Positions 62,511-64,000 of a DNA stretch of 64,000 bases are shown here, one piece after another; position 1 is the stretch's first letter, and every line of letters starts with the position of its first letter. The DNA lies in NCBI RefSeq assembly GCF_021869535.1, contig NW_026262637.1, positions 9,858,001 to 9,922,000 of the forward strand. The letters run 5' to 3'. The notes below the pieces were generated by a model. The model saw only the letters and a list, made by a program, of their open reading frames with translations, had not been told where the DNA came from and did no database searches. The translations under genes and the position numbers were made by a program. The DNA comes from Mytilus californianus (Eukaryota).

Positions 62511-64000
62511 ATCAAAGCCGAATATATTGAAAGTCAAGGAAGTATAAGAACCGAAATAGTTGAAAAATGTATGACCAAAAAAGGACCTTAAATAATAGCC
62601 AAATCCATCTAAAGTCAACTTTGCCTGAGGAAGTTGGATCCTTAAGTTTCTTAATAATGTATCAATTTATAAACGGAAAGTTAAGTTATAAATTATAAAA
62701 AGTGACAGCCATCGATTTATTGGAAAATGTCTGTATTTTTACTTCCCTTAAATCATTTTTAAACACTATTTTGTAAAATTGAACGTAATTAATATTTTAT
62801 GGGTAAATGCAAATTAACAATATGACGCCAATTCATGTACGTTAACTGGATTTTCTTAAATTCAGACGCCGTATGATGGACATATGCTGTCTTTGATAAC
62901 ATTAATGGTACCAATATTTAAAGAAGTCCGTCATATTATTTTCTTCTGTGAAACGAAGAGGAGGATTGGCAGCACTTGGTTGATCTTGTCTCTTGTCTGT
63001 TTGTCTGTTTCAAATAATAAGAGTATAGCCAATCTTTGCCAACTGGGTTTGATAGATATGTTCTGTGACAAATTGCACACCAATTTTGCAAAGCTTACGT
63101 TTTGCACTTTTTTTTCCAAACGCGTTAATTCATAATTACAGATCATGGTTTAGAGTATGATTTGATTGTTATAATTTAAAAAAAAAAAAGATTTGACGTA
63201 GTACATTTATCGAAAATATAATTTTACTATGCAACTATTGATTTTGTTTCGTATATTTACATCCGGCGTACACCAAGAATTGATATTCAAAACTATTGTA
63301 AGAGAAATATACTTGGGTTGAAAAATTTTAATATAAAATATTAAACGATATAAACGCAAGAGCTATATAATTTTGCAAGTTTAATATTTAATCAGACGAA
63401 TCAACAAGAAGAAACTATAAAACACGTCAATCGGGAAATATCGCCTAATGACCATCACATGATTCACAAAACATGACAGATTCATTCATGTTTGCAGTTT
63501 TATGTGTAAATAGACATAATAGATGACCATGTTTACGTCAGGTCATAAGGTCATGGTCATTGTAACTGACCTAAACAATCTATAACCATCGTTTGTTATA
63601 ACCAATCGTTTAGCAGATGATGCCAATAAGGAAATGCTCAACCATATAAAAAGAAAGCTTTGGTTAATTGTTATCATTCATCAAATCTACACACATTGGT
63701 CTACACGAGTATGAAGTCTATTCTCTATTCTGTCGTTCTCTTAATTTCCTTTTATTGCACTCAAGGTATGTAAAATGCACAGATTAAGTAAAGAGAATTA
63801 ACGACAAAGACACGTCTTATAACATTAATACTTATATTTATACTGTTTATTTCTTTCCCTCTTCGGTGCTTTAAGATGTTAGAATATTTTGCCAGTAAAT
63901 CAAATTAGATTTAAAATTATTTATTCAACATTGGGCAAATAAATTTTAAGAATTGAGCGTGTCAGGTTTTTTTTTCTATTATAGTCTGTATTTTACAAAT

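Overview
AT-rich, intron-rich animal genomic DNA. The interspersed repeat families and gene style point to a bivalve mollusc, probably Mytilus-like (inference, no database search). Three innate-immune genes could be assembled by hand from splice signals and reading-frame continuity. (1) A 17-exon RIG-I-like receptor (+, 17538-41879, about 1027 aa) with a DExH helicase and RIG-I-type C-terminal domain, whose N-terminus carries two Death-domain-like exons where vertebrate RLRs have CARDs, followed by a duplicated pair of linker exons. (2) A two-exon Toll-like receptor (+, 50209-52930, about 805 aa) with Ala in the TIR BB-loop. (3) A four-exon TNF-superfamily type II membrane ligand (-, 60493-57438, about 264 aa). 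Each gene has an IRF/ISRE-like motif just upstream. The rest is mobile DNA: a decayed DIRS retrotransposon, a LINE RT fragment, a Penelope GIY-YIG fragment, hammerhead-ribozyme (retrozyme-like) repeats, a TTAA-flanked Kolobok-like MITE, tandem-repeat-carrying elements, abundant short interspersed repeats and several long inverted repeats, including a 111-bp near-perfect hairpin 308 bp after the RLR stop. The strongest candidate for an unusual system is the Death-domain RLR clustered with a TLR and a TNF ligand.
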